From positions 64,001-128,000 of the IMG/VR virus record IMGVR_UViG_3300024520_000050: a stretch of DNA of 64,000 nucleotides; one strand, 5' to 3'. Both the position numbers and the translations under genes were made by a program. This DNA is from a virus. The notes under the pieces are model-generated. The model did not search any database. It saw only the letters and a program-made list of their open reading frames with translations, and was not told the DNA's origin. This document shows positions 1 to 10,018 of this stretch, piece after piece (positions within the stretch are counted from its first letter, which is position 1; the number at the start of each line of letters is the position of its first letter).

Positions 1-2
1 TT

Positions 3-770
3 CACGTAACAGGCACAACAACTATAGTAGGATTAGGTACAGCACCTCAAGCAGGATTATATAGAGTTGTAATATTTGACGGAGCATTAACATTGACACA
101 TGATGTAGCTAAAATTAAATTACCAGGAGGAGTTAACATAACTACTGAGGCAGGAGATAAAGCAATCTTTGTATCAGATACCACAGCTATATGGGAATGC
201 GTATCATACACTAGAGCAACAGGCGCTACTATAGCAGCAGATGCTATTGATACTGCAAACATTACAAACTTAGCAGTAACTACAGCCAAATTAGCCGTAG
301 GAGCTGTAACTACAGCCAAAATCACCGCATTAAATGTCACCGCTACTGAAATAGCAAATAATGCAGTAACTACAGCTAAAATACTTGCTGCGAATGTAAC
401 TGAAGCTGAGTTAGCTGATAATAGTGTTAGTATTAGAACTAATCGCTCTATGACAGTTGTAGCATTAGCAGATACAGTAACTACTTTGACTGCATCTCAA
501 CTAGTCAATAGTAGTATATTTACTGCAGTACCAACAGCGGCAAGAATTCAAACTACTGATACAGCAGTCAATATAATTGCAGCTGTTCCTAGTTTTGCTG
601 TAGGAATGCAAGTTGATTTTGCTATGATAAATACAGCAGCATTTACAGAAACTATTGCTGCGGGTGTGGGAGTAACACTAGTTGGCGATATGGTTACTAA
701 TAATAGTTCTGCAACATTTAAAATATTAATGACAGCAGCAGCAACAGTATCTATTTTTAGAGTAACTTAG
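3..770 (+). CDS. Tail fibre-like structural protein, 5'-partial
   Basis: The frame is open from base 3 (HVTGTTTIVGLG...FDGALTLTHD...LPGGVNITTEAGD...WECVSYTRA), a phage tail-fibre-type motif. It has periodic AVTTAK(L/I)A repeats. The track start at 93 is internal. Confidence 0.6.
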   Translation, partial: HVTGTTTIVGLGTAPQAGLYRVVIFDGALTLTHDVAKIKLPGGVNITTEAGDKAIFVSDTTAIWECVSYTRATGATIAADAIDTANITNLAVTTAKLAVGAVTTAKITALNVTATEIANNAVTTAKILAANVTEAELADNSVSIRTNRSMTVVALADTVTTLTASQLVNSSIFTAVPTAARIQTTDTAVNIIAAVPSFAVGMQVDFAMINTAAFTETIAAGVGVTLVGDMVTNNSSATFKILMTAAATVSIFRVT

Positions 771-852
771 TAAGAAAATAAAACCAATTAATAATTATAA
801 TGCGTCCTAATAACAATCGAATCAATATCCCTTATATTGATAATAAATAATA

Positions 853-1455
853 ATGAAAACACTTTTTGGAGAACACATATTTACAGCAATCTCATCTATG
901 TTTGGGCATAAATCTTTACTCCTAATCAGCTTTGGTATAACTGGAATAATTTCAGCAATAAAATCATTTTTAAAAATAGAATTTCTTGGTTTCAGCATGG
1001 CTGTACTAGGATTCTTAATAATTTTGATAATCTTTGATTTTATTACAGGGGTTAAAGCAGCAAAATATAACGGAGAAGAACTATCTTCACGTAAAGGATT
1101 ACGTAGTGTTGATAAACTAATGTCATACTTTATGTTCATTTGTTTTACAGCATTAATGCAATCATTACTACAAGATGAAAACTATCTATGGAGTATATGG
1201 TTAATATCTAATTTTAAAATATTAGTATTCGCTTCTATTTTCTTATGGGAGTTCCATTCAATTGGAGAAAACATTAAAAAAAGATATGGAAGTAAGCCTC
1301 GTATATTTACAGTACTTGATGTAATAACTAGAATCCTTGAGAGAAAAGTTATACATAAAATAGATAAAAATGCAGTTATCCCTGCAATGAAAGATGAAAT
1401 AAAAGAACTAGAAGAAGTCATCATAGAAGATGAACTTAACAAAGAAAATATTTAG
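853..1455 (+). CDS. Phage holin (Phage_holin_4_1-like)
   Basis: Several hydrophobic TM segments; motifs DFITGVKAA, SSRKGLRSVDK and EFHSIGENI; charged C-terminal tail. Confidence 0.75.
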   Translation: MKTLFGEHIFTAISSMFGHKSLLLISFGITGIISAIKSFLKIEFLGFSMAVLGFLIILIIFDFITGVKAAKYNGEELSSRKGLRSVDKLMSYFMFICFTALMQSLLQDENYLWSIWLISNFKILVFASIFLWEFHSIGENIKKRYGSKPRIFTVLDVITRILERKVIHKIDKNAVIPAMKDEIKELEEVIIEDELNKENI

Positions 1456-1481
1456 TTAGTTAGTTACAGCCTTATTTTTAC

Positions 1482-1512
1482 AGCCTCTATTTATTCAAAT
1501 AGAGGCTTTTTC
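1482..1512 (+). terminator. Intrinsic terminator after holin
   Basis: Perfect 11-bp stem AGCCTCTATTT/AAATAGAGGCT, ATTC loop, followed by a T run. Confidence 0.8.
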
Positions 1513-1580
1513 ATTTATTGCCCCCTTTAAGTCAAGTAATATGTGTATATTACATCATTACTAACTAATTAACATAAATA

Positions 1581-2522
1581 ATGAAAAATTTCAATAATTC
1601 TCCTAAGATAGAAAGAATTAAAAACAAAATAAATAAAGCTTTTTCTGGTCTAGCATTTGATGAAGAATCTCATACTTATATGGTTAATGGTAAACAGTTG
1701 ATATCTGTTACAACCTATTTAAAACGCTTCTCAGACTCGTTTAATTCATACTTTGCATCAGAAGCTAAAGGTAAAAAGATGATACGTTTAAACAGTACTG
1801 ACAAGCGTACAGGTCAATACTACAGACAACGTTGGAAGTTTATCCGTGATGAAGCTGCTTTTATGGGAAGTCGAGTTCACTTATTTGCAGAAACAGCACC
1901 TCATTTTGATACTCCAATTGATTGGAGAGAACAAGCTGTTTTAGATTTCTATGAATGGTTGCCTGCAAAATATGAAGTGTTATTTTTAGAATTAAGAGTA
2001 TATGATGAAGATACAGTTCATGCTGGTACGGTTGATGGATTGGCATTAAATACTGAAACAGATAAATTAGTTATTTTTGATTGGAAGACTAATAAACGTA
2101 ATATCAATGAATTATATAAGAATAAGAACTTCAAAGGTGCATTTAAACATCTTAAAGCTACATCATTAAATAAGTTCTCAATTCAACTATCTGATTACTC
2201 ACATGTAATTACTAAAAATACAGGATATGAATTTGAAGATAGATGGGTTATATGGTTAAGAGATACTCCAGTAAATAAGAAAGACTCTGATAGAAATTCA
2301 GATTACACTGTAAAACGTGTCAAGCCGGACGTAGATCAACCTAATTTTAAAATATATAAAGTTAAAGATTACACTAAAGAAATAGCATTAAGTTATAGTA
2401 AAACTAAAAAGGAGCTTAGAGAAAAATCTAAACCTGCTGTAGTTAAAAAGAGCTTATTTGCAAAGACACAAGATACGTCTTATAAAAGTAAAAAGAAAAA
2501 AGGTTTATTTTCAAAAAAATAA
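1581..2522 (+). CDS. PD-(D/E)XK exonuclease-family nuclease
   Basis: FDEESHTY...SVTT, GSRVH, ELRVY, AGTVD, IFDWKT and QLSDY motifs; Lys-rich C-terminal tail. Confidence 0.8.
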   Translation: MKNFNNSPKIERIKNKINKAFSGLAFDEESHTYMVNGKQLISVTTYLKRFSDSFNSYFASEAKGKKMIRLNSTDKRTGQYYRQRWKFIRDEAAFMGSRVHLFAETAPHFDTPIDWREQAVLDFYEWLPAKYEVLFLELRVYDEDTVHAGTVDGLALNTETDKLVIFDWKTNKRNINELYKNKNFKGAFKHLKATSLNKFSIQLSDYSHVITKNTGYEFEDRWVIWLRDTPVNKKDSDRNSDYTVKRVKPDVDQPNFKIYKVKDYTKEIALSYSKTKKELREKSKPAVVKKSLFAKTQDTSYKSKKKKGLFSKK

Positions 2523-2525
2523 TAA

Positions 2526-3218
2526 ATGGCAAATTTATCAATACAAGGTATAGTTGATTTAGTTCGTGAAGCTGTTAGAGAAATATCTGATGATAGTGTT
2601 TATCCAGATAAATACATCTTTAGATTAGTTCTAGAAGCTCGAGCAGAATTATTAGATCAAATGAAAAAGCAGAATAAAGAATTTAGTCCATGGCTATATC
2701 AACGATTCTGTTTAAAATTATGTCCATCTACATTTATTGAATGTGGGTGTGCACCATATAGTTTTGCATGTACAGTTTATAAAAGCGTGAATCCATTACC
2801 TCAACCTATTGGTAATGATTCATTAGAATTAAATATTAGTGAATTATTCGGTGACCACATTAATCGTGTTACAGAAAAACAATATAGACTATTAAAAGAT
2901 AGAAAGTATAGACGTTCATATTACTATTATATTGGTGATGTACAAGGTGCTAAACATCTATTTATATTAAGTGAAAATACTGTTATACCACCTAAATATA
3001 TTAAAGCTGAAGGAATATTTGAAGATCCAGCTGATGTATTATCATTTGCATGTTCAGATTCTGCATGTCCGAAATTATCAGGAACAGGATTTCCTTTTAC
3101 ATTGGCAAAAGAATCTGCATTAATTAAAATGGTGGTAGAATCATTATTAGCATCTAAAAAACTACCTGAAGATTTATCCAATGATGCTAAATCAACACCT
3201 GACCAACTAATTATATAA
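2526..3218 (+). CDS. crAss-like tail ring/neck structural protein
   Basis: N-terminal SDDS...ARAELL, Cys-rich CLKLC...CGC...C segment and GIFEDP; lies upstream of tail tube and muzzle genes as in crAss-like phages. Confidence 0.55.
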   Translation: MANLSIQGIVDLVREAVREISDDSVYPDKYIFRLVLEARAELLDQMKKQNKEFSPWLYQRFCLKLCPSTFIECGCAPYSFACTVYKSVNPLPQPIGNDSLELNISELFGDHINRVTEKQYRLLKDRKYRRSYYYYIGDVQGAKHLFILSENTVIPPKYIKAEGIFEDPADVLSFACSDSACPKLSGTGFPFTLAKESALIKMVVESLLASKKLPEDLSNDAKSTPDQLII

Positions 3219-3757
3219 TGATTGACAAAAGAGTATCTAGTATAGGTATGAGTTGTAAAACTTTACCTTATAAAAATGAACCTAAACATAAGAGACATTT
3301 ATCAGATAAGTTGTATAAAAACATATTAAACTTATTCTTTAAGAAGATAGTATATTATATGATACGTGATGGAAGTAAGTTTGTGATACCACAATTTCTA
3401 GGTACACTACAAATTACTAGATACAACTATGATCGTCAAGCAAAGAAATACAGAAATGGTGAAACTAAACGTGGACGCATCATGGTTGATTTTCATGCAA
3501 CTAAAAAGTTAAAGGAGCAAGGTATTAATAAGACTGTTAAACATACTTGTAGAACAACAGGAGGTTATTGGTGGAAACTACATTGGTTCAAAGCACACTA
3601 TGCTAGATTTCGTACACAAAGATTATACAGCATAAAGTTTTCTAGACCAAATGTAAGACCAAATACATATAATAAAGATAATCCAAAGTTATCAGTAGTT
3701 CCATACTTTAGAGATAAAGGATGGGAAATCTATGCAGAGATAACACCAAAAAGATAA
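3218..3757 (+). CDS. Basic IHF/HU-like DNA-binding protein (crAss-like)
   Basis: Very basic; segment FFKKIVYYMIRDGSKFVIPQFLGTLQI resembles the IHF/HU fold; sits between ring genes; TAATG coupling to the upstream gene. Confidence 0.45.
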   Translation: MIDKRVSSIGMSCKTLPYKNEPKHKRHLSDKLYKNILNLFFKKIVYYMIRDGSKFVIPQFLGTLQITRYNYDRQAKKYRNGETKRGRIMVDFHATKKLKEQGINKTVKHTCRTTGGYWWKLHWFKAHYARFRTQRLYSIKFSRPNVRPNTYNKDNPKLSVVPYFRDKGWEIYAEITPKR

Positions 3758-3759
3758 AA

Positions 3760-4617
3760 ATGATTAAATCAAAATTAATACCAATTACAAGTGTATTAAA
3801 AGATATATATTTACTAACAAATGAGAGTTCTGTCACTGAAGATTTAGTGATGGAATTTGCTATAAGAGGAATGGAACACTTAGCAGTTAATCAAACATAC
3901 GAAAGAGCAGTATGTGTATTACCTGTAGTTAATAGCCAAGCTTCATATCCTAAAGGAATGTATGGTATTCATTCAGTTCTTGGTAATAGTGATCCTAGTG
4001 ATGATACTGTTAAATATTTAGTTACATCAACTACATCACTTGCAGTAACTGAAGATGATCTTACATTTGAAATAGTAGATGATCCTGATGGATCTACATT
4101 ATATAAATTAATAGATTTCAAGTCTATTAATTTTGCTCAGAGTGGATGGAAATACTTATCTCTATCTAATAGTCCTTGGGACAAATCTATAGTTTGTGCA
4201 GATTCTGTAAATTTATCATCATGTTGTGATGATTGGTTCTTACCAGATAATGCAAATAATAGATTCATTCTATCATTTGATTACGGTCATATTGCAGTAT
4301 CATATTTTAGATTCCCACAAGATGATAAAGGTAACTTCCTAATTCCTGATCATCCACTTGTAGCTGAAGCATTAGAGTCATATGTATTTTCTAAAATATA
4401 TCAACGTATGTGGCATAGTTCGCAACAAGGTGCTCAACAAAAATACTATCACTATTTAGAAAAGTGGCAACAACTCGCCGCAGCTGCAACAGGTGAATTA
4501 AGAATGTTAAGTTTACCAGGATATGTTAATTTAACTAAAGATAATACATTCTTCAAAGACTATGCGGCTACCAAAATGTATGGTGGTTGGGGACGTCAAC
4601 GTACTAATTTTAGATAA
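3760..4617 (+). CDS. Tail tubular/ring protein (crAss-like)
   Basis: LIPDHPLVAEALESYVFSKI motif and position directly before the muzzle gene. The likely start is ATG 3760, in frame with track ORF 3721. Confidence 0.55.
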   Translation: MIKSKLIPITSVLKDIYLLTNESSVTEDLVMEFAIRGMEHLAVNQTYERAVCVLPVVNSQASYPKGMYGIHSVLGNSDPSDDTVKYLVTSTTSLAVTEDDLTFEIVDDPDGSTLYKLIDFKSINFAQSGWKYLSLSNSPWDKSIVCADSVNLSSCCDDWFLPDNANNRFILSFDYGHIAVSYFRFPQDDKGNFLIPDHPLVAEALESYVFSKIYQRMWHSSQQGAQQKYYHYLEKWQQLAAAATGELRMLSLPGYVNLTKDNTFFKDYAATKMYGGWGRQRTNFR

Positions 4618-7600
4618 TGATGAAGGATATACAACAAATAAATAAAGGTCTTGTAAAAGATATTAATCAGGAGTTCCAACCCGAAGCTACATATCGATTT
4701 ATGTTGAATGGAATGTTAGAAACATTAATTGGTGAGAAAGGTGGTGTTGCTAATGAACGTGGTAATGTTATCATCTTGGCAACTCCATCTGGTATAACAA
4801 GTCCTAATGTAATTGGAGATTGTTTATTGCCTAATCAAGATAAAGTAATATTTATCACAGGTAATGATGGGAATCAAGAAGTTCAAATTATAGGACTACA
4901 TAAAGAGAATAACACATTTGTTGAATTAGTACGAACTGAATGTCTTGAATTCTCTCAATGTGATCAAATAGATTGTATCTTTAAAGTACATAATGGTTGC
5001 GATATAATTATATATTTTACAGATCATGCAAATAAATATAAGAGTATTAATATTACAGCTATTGAAAATACTAATCGTTATATTAATCCTACTCATGCAC
5101 CATGGACAGGAGCTCCTGTAGGAACATTACCAAATATACCAACAGTAGATCCTGGTGTAGGAATAGGAACATATGGATGGCAATGTGATGCATTCTTTTT
5201 AACTCCAGTATCTGAGCATCCAAATATTTACTTTCATAAACAAAGTAGTAATGGTAACTTACGTACAGGAGCTTATACATTTTTTGTTAGGTTATTAGAT
5301 TTAGATTTAAATCCAACAGATTGGATTGCATGGTCAAATCCAATATACGTAAAACAAGGTGATTTTAATTTTAATACACCTTCGGATAATACAGATGGTT
5401 TCTATTCAGATGTAACAGTAGAAAAGTTTACACCTCGTTCACTTAGTTTAATTATAGATAATCTTGATATTAACTTTCAGTATTATGAAATAGGAATAAT
5501 GGAAAGAAGTTTAAATACAGGACTTCCTACATTTGCATATAGAACTGGTCAACGTAGAATACCACCTGCTGTAGCTCCAGCTACCAACGGAAGTGATATT
5601 TTCGTATTCAATGATGTAAGTGATTCAAGATTCATTACAACTGATATTGCATCATTACTTACAAAGACGCGTAAGATAGATGTGGTACAAGCACACAGTC
5701 AAATTAATAATAGATTAGTTGTAGGTAACATTGCTGGTACTACAAGAGATTGGTCATCATTTCAACAAGTTAGTAATGATATTCAAGTAGAATACTTTAC
5801 ATATAATAATGTTGGAATTGATGGAGTAAGTTGTGATGATAAGCATCATTTTGTTAGTACAGGTCAAATCTCATTAGATTATGAAATAGCAAATAACGTG
5901 GCAACGCCTGCTACTGCAGTAGGAGTTAATTATAGTTCTCCTGAATTCTTATCATATGGAATGTCACTTATGCGTGATGAAGTTTATGCATTAGGTATTA
6001 TTTATGTATTTAGTGATGGATCAGAATCTCCTGTATTTCATATACCAGGAAGACCTAAATTTAGTAATGTTGCATTAGATTGGACTATTGATGGAGATAT
6101 TGCAGTAACTGCATGGGATATTGGTGGTTACGATTATGCAGCTTATGCACAATTAATACAATCTACTTCTCATGCTACATTAGATGTATTTGCAGGAGCT
6201 GTATTAGCAGCAGGGTTAGGTTTGTTTGATGGTCAAGTATTAAGTCTTGGAACTGAAGGAGTTGGTGTACCTCATACTGATACAGGAACATGGGCAAGTA
6301 ATTTCCTTACTAATTTACCGCAAGATGATGTAATTTCAAATGTAGAAGATGATGAATATAAATATTTATATGGGTTTAAAGATCATATAACTTGTTGTTA
6401 TCATGTTCCATTTACAAATAATGCATGTCAAACAACTGACTTAGAAAGATGGCAATATTATAATACAGCAATACGTCGTAAAACTACAGCTGTGTGGATT
6501 GCTACTGCAGATGATAAACCAACACTAAGTGGTTCTAATCCAACGTATACATTCGAAGGTGGTTACCGTGGAGTTCCTGGTTACTTCAATACAGGTTTAG
6601 AATATCCTGCTATATTAGATTGTAGTGGAACTCGTATTTATCCAGAAGGGCCTGTAAGACATCATAGAATGCCAGATCATCGTATAGAACAAATATTCGA
6701 TTATAATGAAGCAACATATGATTTTTCTTTGCTCGGAGCTGGAGGACCAGCAAGAATGAATAATGCGGCATGGTTAGCATTAAGTAATATCCAAGTTGGT
6801 GCTAATTATGCAGCCGGAGAACCTTGGGCGATGAGTCATGCAGAGAAATCATTAAAATTATATCCTCTTGGTCTTAATCTACATAATGTAGAACCGCCAA
6901 CAGAATATAGAGATGAAGTCGTAGGATATTATATTGTTAGATCTGATAGAACTAATAATAAGACTGTAATTGATAAAGGGTTCATGAATGTATGTGATAC
7001 AAGCATTTCTGCAAGACATTGGCCTACAACGGGTTTTGGAGAAGGATTAGAAGCTGTTGACAAATTTAGTGCATTAGAGAATAATACAATGCATACAACT
7101 GATTTCTTCTTAACTCCTACTCACCCAGATCAAGTAACTGAATCTTTTTTCATCCCTGCAGATCCAACCAAAGCAGGTAATGGACATAGAATACCAACAC
7201 ATAGTTGGTGGAACATAATGGAGATACATACTCCTAAAAGTACATTTAATGAAAGAGAAACATTACAAGCAGATTATATTAAGTTAGAATCTACTGTATT
7301 TGGTGATATGTTTTTTGATAGTGAATTAATTCCATGGCCTACTACAATTACAGGTACATCATACGTAGAAAGATATGCAGCAACAGGATGGAATACAGGC
7401 GCAAGTCTTATGTTAAATAGACATAAGTATCCACGTGTACAAAATATATCTGCAAGACATGTTTGGTCATTTATATATAATATACCTCTTTCAGGATTAG
7501 CATATACTGATTATAATGAATCAACATCTACTTCAGGATTAGGACAAAATAGTACTACCCTTTGGAATAAGTTCCAGAAACAACGTAGTCTAGTAGCTAG

Positions 7601-9998
7601 ATATCATCAATCATGTACAGCAGTAGAACCACGATTTAACAATGATCCAGCTGCAGTATTAAGTATAGTAAGTGACACCGCGGCATTACTTTCTAATAAT
7701 AAATCAACATGCGATCTTAATAGACCATTTTATTATGATCAATTAAAGATGGATGTTATTGATGATTTTGCTAAAAGTATGTATTCGGCAACATCATTGC
7801 ACTATGGTATAGATAGATTTATGAATCGTGGAGATGCTTCAGCAGCATACTATGGTACAGAATCTTGGGCTCATTTTTCTAATGTAACTTCATATCATAA
7901 ATGGTCAATACCAAATTCACCATACATGTATTATGTTGGATTAAAATCAACAGCTGTACCTTATGAAGATTTCGATGCTATTAAGTACATCAAAATGCAT
8001 TCATACTTAATTCCGTTTGACCCAGTAACTAATCCAACAGTACAAGATTTTCCTGTAACTGGAGGAGATACATTCATTCAAAGATTTCAATTTGAAAAAG
8101 GAATGTGGGAAATGGAAGATCCAGCTAAAATTGGTACACCTAAAGATAATACTTTTGCTAAATTTTGTACATCATTGACAGTTGGTTATGTGGAATCAGA
8201 AATTAATAGTCAATTTAGACATTTACAGAATGGTGATTTATTTAGAACTTATCCATTTAATGATAGGAAAGGATATTATAACTTTCTTTATTATTCAAAT
8301 GAATTACATGGAACAACACAAGATGAAGTAGATGCATACCATTTAAAACAAGAAATATTCTATAGGTATAAAATAGATTATTCAAATGTTAATGAAGATG
8401 TTCCTGTATTTCCATTACCTAGTACATTTGATTTCTGTTCAAGTTGTTCAGAATCATTTCCAAATACAATACTTTATTCAGAAATATCATTAGATAGTCA
8501 AGTACAAGATTTCTATAAACTATTTTTAACTAATTCAGAGAAAGCTATTCCTTCATACACAGGATCTATTCAAGACTTATTTGTTAAGAATTCAGATTTA
8601 TATGTGCATACAGAAAATAACTTATGGAAGTTATCAGTAGCACCACAAACTATGAAGACTAGTGCAGATACAGTTGAAGTAGGTCAAGGTGAATTCTTAG
8701 AACGTGATCCAATTAAATTATTTAATAATGAGGACGGTTTTGCAAGAGGTGGAACTATTGATAAATTTGCGTCCGTATTTGGCTCAAATGGTGAACTCAT
8801 TTGGTTAGATCGTAATGGAGGAACAGTTTATGCTTTAAGTGGAGAAGGGCCCAAAATATTATCCAATAAAGGTATGTCTAGATGGTTTAGTAATAATTCC
8901 GAAGTTGAATTAGATACTCAATTTAGAGCATTAACATCTTTACCTTATCCACACAAAGGAACTGCATGTAATATAAATGTAGGATACAAGGGCGTATTGG
9001 ATCCAGAACATAATAGATATATCTTAACAAAGAAAGATTATAAATTATTACCTTCAGTGTTAGTTGCAAATGTAACTAATGGTCAACCTATAGCTGAATT
9101 GACTATTGTAGCTGGTGTATATAATCCAGCAACAATAATAGGTCAATACTATTATGATAATGATGGATTCTATGTAGGTATTGCAGTTGGTACAGATCCA
9201 GCATTAAAGAGTACATTAGTATCAGATATTGATTATAATGATGAATTACTTGCAGAGAATAAATCATGGACTATATCATACTCATTAAAGGATCAATCAT
9301 GGGCATCATTTCATTCATATATTCCTAACTGGATGTATAATGATACACATACATTTTATTCATTTGTAGATAATACTACAAGCAACATTAACTTGTCAAT
9401 ATGGGAACATAATTATGGTGAATTCACTGATTATTATGGAACTAAATTTGATTTCATTATAGATTATATATATAAGAAGAATCCATATCAAGAGAAAACA
9501 TTTGATACAATTGAATATACATCAAATGTATGGTTAGAAGATCTAAGTACAAACAGATGGATTGAAGTACCATTTACTACATTTGACAGATTCTATGTAT
9601 ATAACAACAATCAATTAAGTAATCTTAAAACTGTAACTGTTGGTAATTTAACACCTTATGCTAATTTAGCATATACGGTTGGTGATGCTACTGCACATAA
9701 GACTAGAAATATTTGGAAGATTAATAGACTTAGAGATATGGCTGTCAGTAGACTAGCTTTAAGTGAAAGTTTATTTAGTACAGATTGGTCTGAAGCAACA
9801 TATCAAACACAATTTGATAATGGATTTGGTTATATTGATCATGTTATTAATCCAGCTGCTATTGATGTAACTAAATCTGTTTATACAATTGAAAGATTAA
9901 CTGATAAATACTTGGGTGTTAGACTCTTTTTTAATCCAGCTAGTGATTACAAAATAACATTTAATTTACTAAGTGGACAAAAGCGCATAAAAATTTAA
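4617..9998 (+). CDS. Tail stabilisation/muzzle protein (P22 gp10-like, crAss Tstab)
   Basis: 1793 aa; N-terminal KGLVKD...QPEATYRFMLNG...ANERGN; internal MRDEVYALGIIYVFSDGSESPVFHIPGR; C-terminal WTISYSLKDQSWASFHSYIP. Confidence 0.7.
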   Translation: MMKDIQQINKGLVKDINQEFQPEATYRFMLNGMLETLIGEKGGVANERGNVIILATPSGITSPNVIGDCLLPNQDKVIFITGNDGNQEVQIIGLHKENNTFVELVRTECLEFSQCDQIDCIFKVHNGCDIIIYFTDHANKYKSINITAIENTNRYINPTHAPWTGAPVGTLPNIPTVDPGVGIGTYGWQCDAFFLTPVSEHPNIYFHKQSSNGNLRTGAYTFFVRLLDLDLNPTDWIAWSNPIYVKQGDFNFNTPSDNTDGFYSDVTVEKFTPRSLSLIIDNLDINFQYYEIGIMERSLNTGLPTFAYRTGQRRIPPAVAPATNGSDIFVFNDVSDSRFITTDIASLLTKTRKIDVVQAHSQINNRLVVGNIAGTTRDWSSFQQVSNDIQVEYFTYNNVGIDGVSCDDKHHFVSTGQISLDYEIANNVATPATAVGVNYSSPEFLSYGMSLMRDEVYALGIIYVFSDGSESPVFHIPGRPKFSNVALDWTIDGDIAVTAWDIGGYDYAAYAQLIQSTSHATLDVFAGAVLAAGLGLFDGQVLSLGTEGVGVPHTDTGTWASNFLTNLPQDDVISNVEDDEYKYLYGFKDHITCCYHVPFTNNACQTTDLERWQYYNTAIRRKTTAVWIATADDKPTLSGSNPTYTFEGGYRGVPGYFNTGLEYPAILDCSGTRIYPEGPVRHHRMPDHRIEQIFDYNEATYDFSLLGAGGPARMNNAAWLALSNIQVGANYAAGEPWAMSHAEKSLKLYPLGLNLHNVEPPTEYRDEVVGYYIVRSDRTNNKTVIDKGFMNVCDTSISARHWPTTGFGEGLEAVDKFSALENNTMHTTDFFLTPTHPDQVTESFFIPADPTKAGNGHRIPTHSWWNIMEIHTPKSTFNERETLQADYIKLESTVFGDMFFDSELIPWPTTITGTSYVERYAATGWNTGASLMLNRHKYPRVQNISARHVWSFIYNIPLSGLAYTDYNESTSTSGLGQNSTTLWNKFQKQRSLVARYHQSCTAVEPRFNNDPAAVLSIVSDTAALLSNNKSTCDLNRPFYYDQLKMDVIDDFAKSMYSATSLHYGIDRFMNRGDASAAYYGTESWAHFSNVTSYHKWSIPNSPYMYYVGLKSTAVPYEDFDAIKYIKMHSYLIPFDPVTNPTVQDFPVTGGDTFIQRFQFEKGMWEMEDPAKIGTPKDNTFAKFCTSLTVGYVESEINSQFRHLQNGDLFRTYPFNDRKGYYNFLYYSNELHGTTQDEVDAYHLKQEIFYRYKIDYSNVNEDVPVFPLPSTFDFCSSCSESFPNTILYSEISLDSQVQDFYKLFLTNSEKAIPSYTGSIQDLFVKNSDLYVHTENNLWKLSVAPQTMKTSADTVEVGQGEFLERDPIKLFNNEDGFARGGTIDKFASVFGSNGELIWLDRNGGTVYALSGEGPKILSNKGMSRWFSNNSEVELDTQFRALTSLPYPHKGTACNINVGYKGVLDPEHNRYILTKKDYKLLPSVLVANVTNGQPIAELTIVAGVYNPATIIGQYYYDNDGFYVGIAVGTDPALKSTLVSDIDYNDELLAENKSWTISYSLKDQSWASFHSYIPNWMYNDTHTFYSFVDNTTSNINLSIWEHNYGEFTDYYGTKFDFIIDYIYKKNPYQEKTFDTIEYTSNVWLEDLSTNRWIEVPFTTFDRFYVYNNNQLSNLKTVTVGNLTPYANLAYTVGDATAHKTRNIWKINRLRDMAVSRLALSESLFSTDWSEATYQTQFDNGFGYIDHVINPAAIDVTKSVYTIERLTDKYLGVRLFFNPASDYKITFNLLSGQKRIKI

Positions 9999-10018
9999 TT
10001 ATAATTAAAATTAACAAA

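Noticed and set aside
800-850. 16-codon ORF (MRPNNNRINIPYIDNK) just before the holin
   Set aside because: Too short to tell from chance in AT-rich DNA, with no other support.
1546-1554. TATATTACA, also seen on the - strand at 59941-59949, as a phage promoter
   Set aside because: An AT-rich 9-mer expected by chance, and the spacing to the start codons differs.
1581-2522. Cas4 or CRISPR association of the PD-(D/E)XK nuclease
   Set aside because: It lacks the Fe-S cysteine set, and no cas genes or arrays are nearby.
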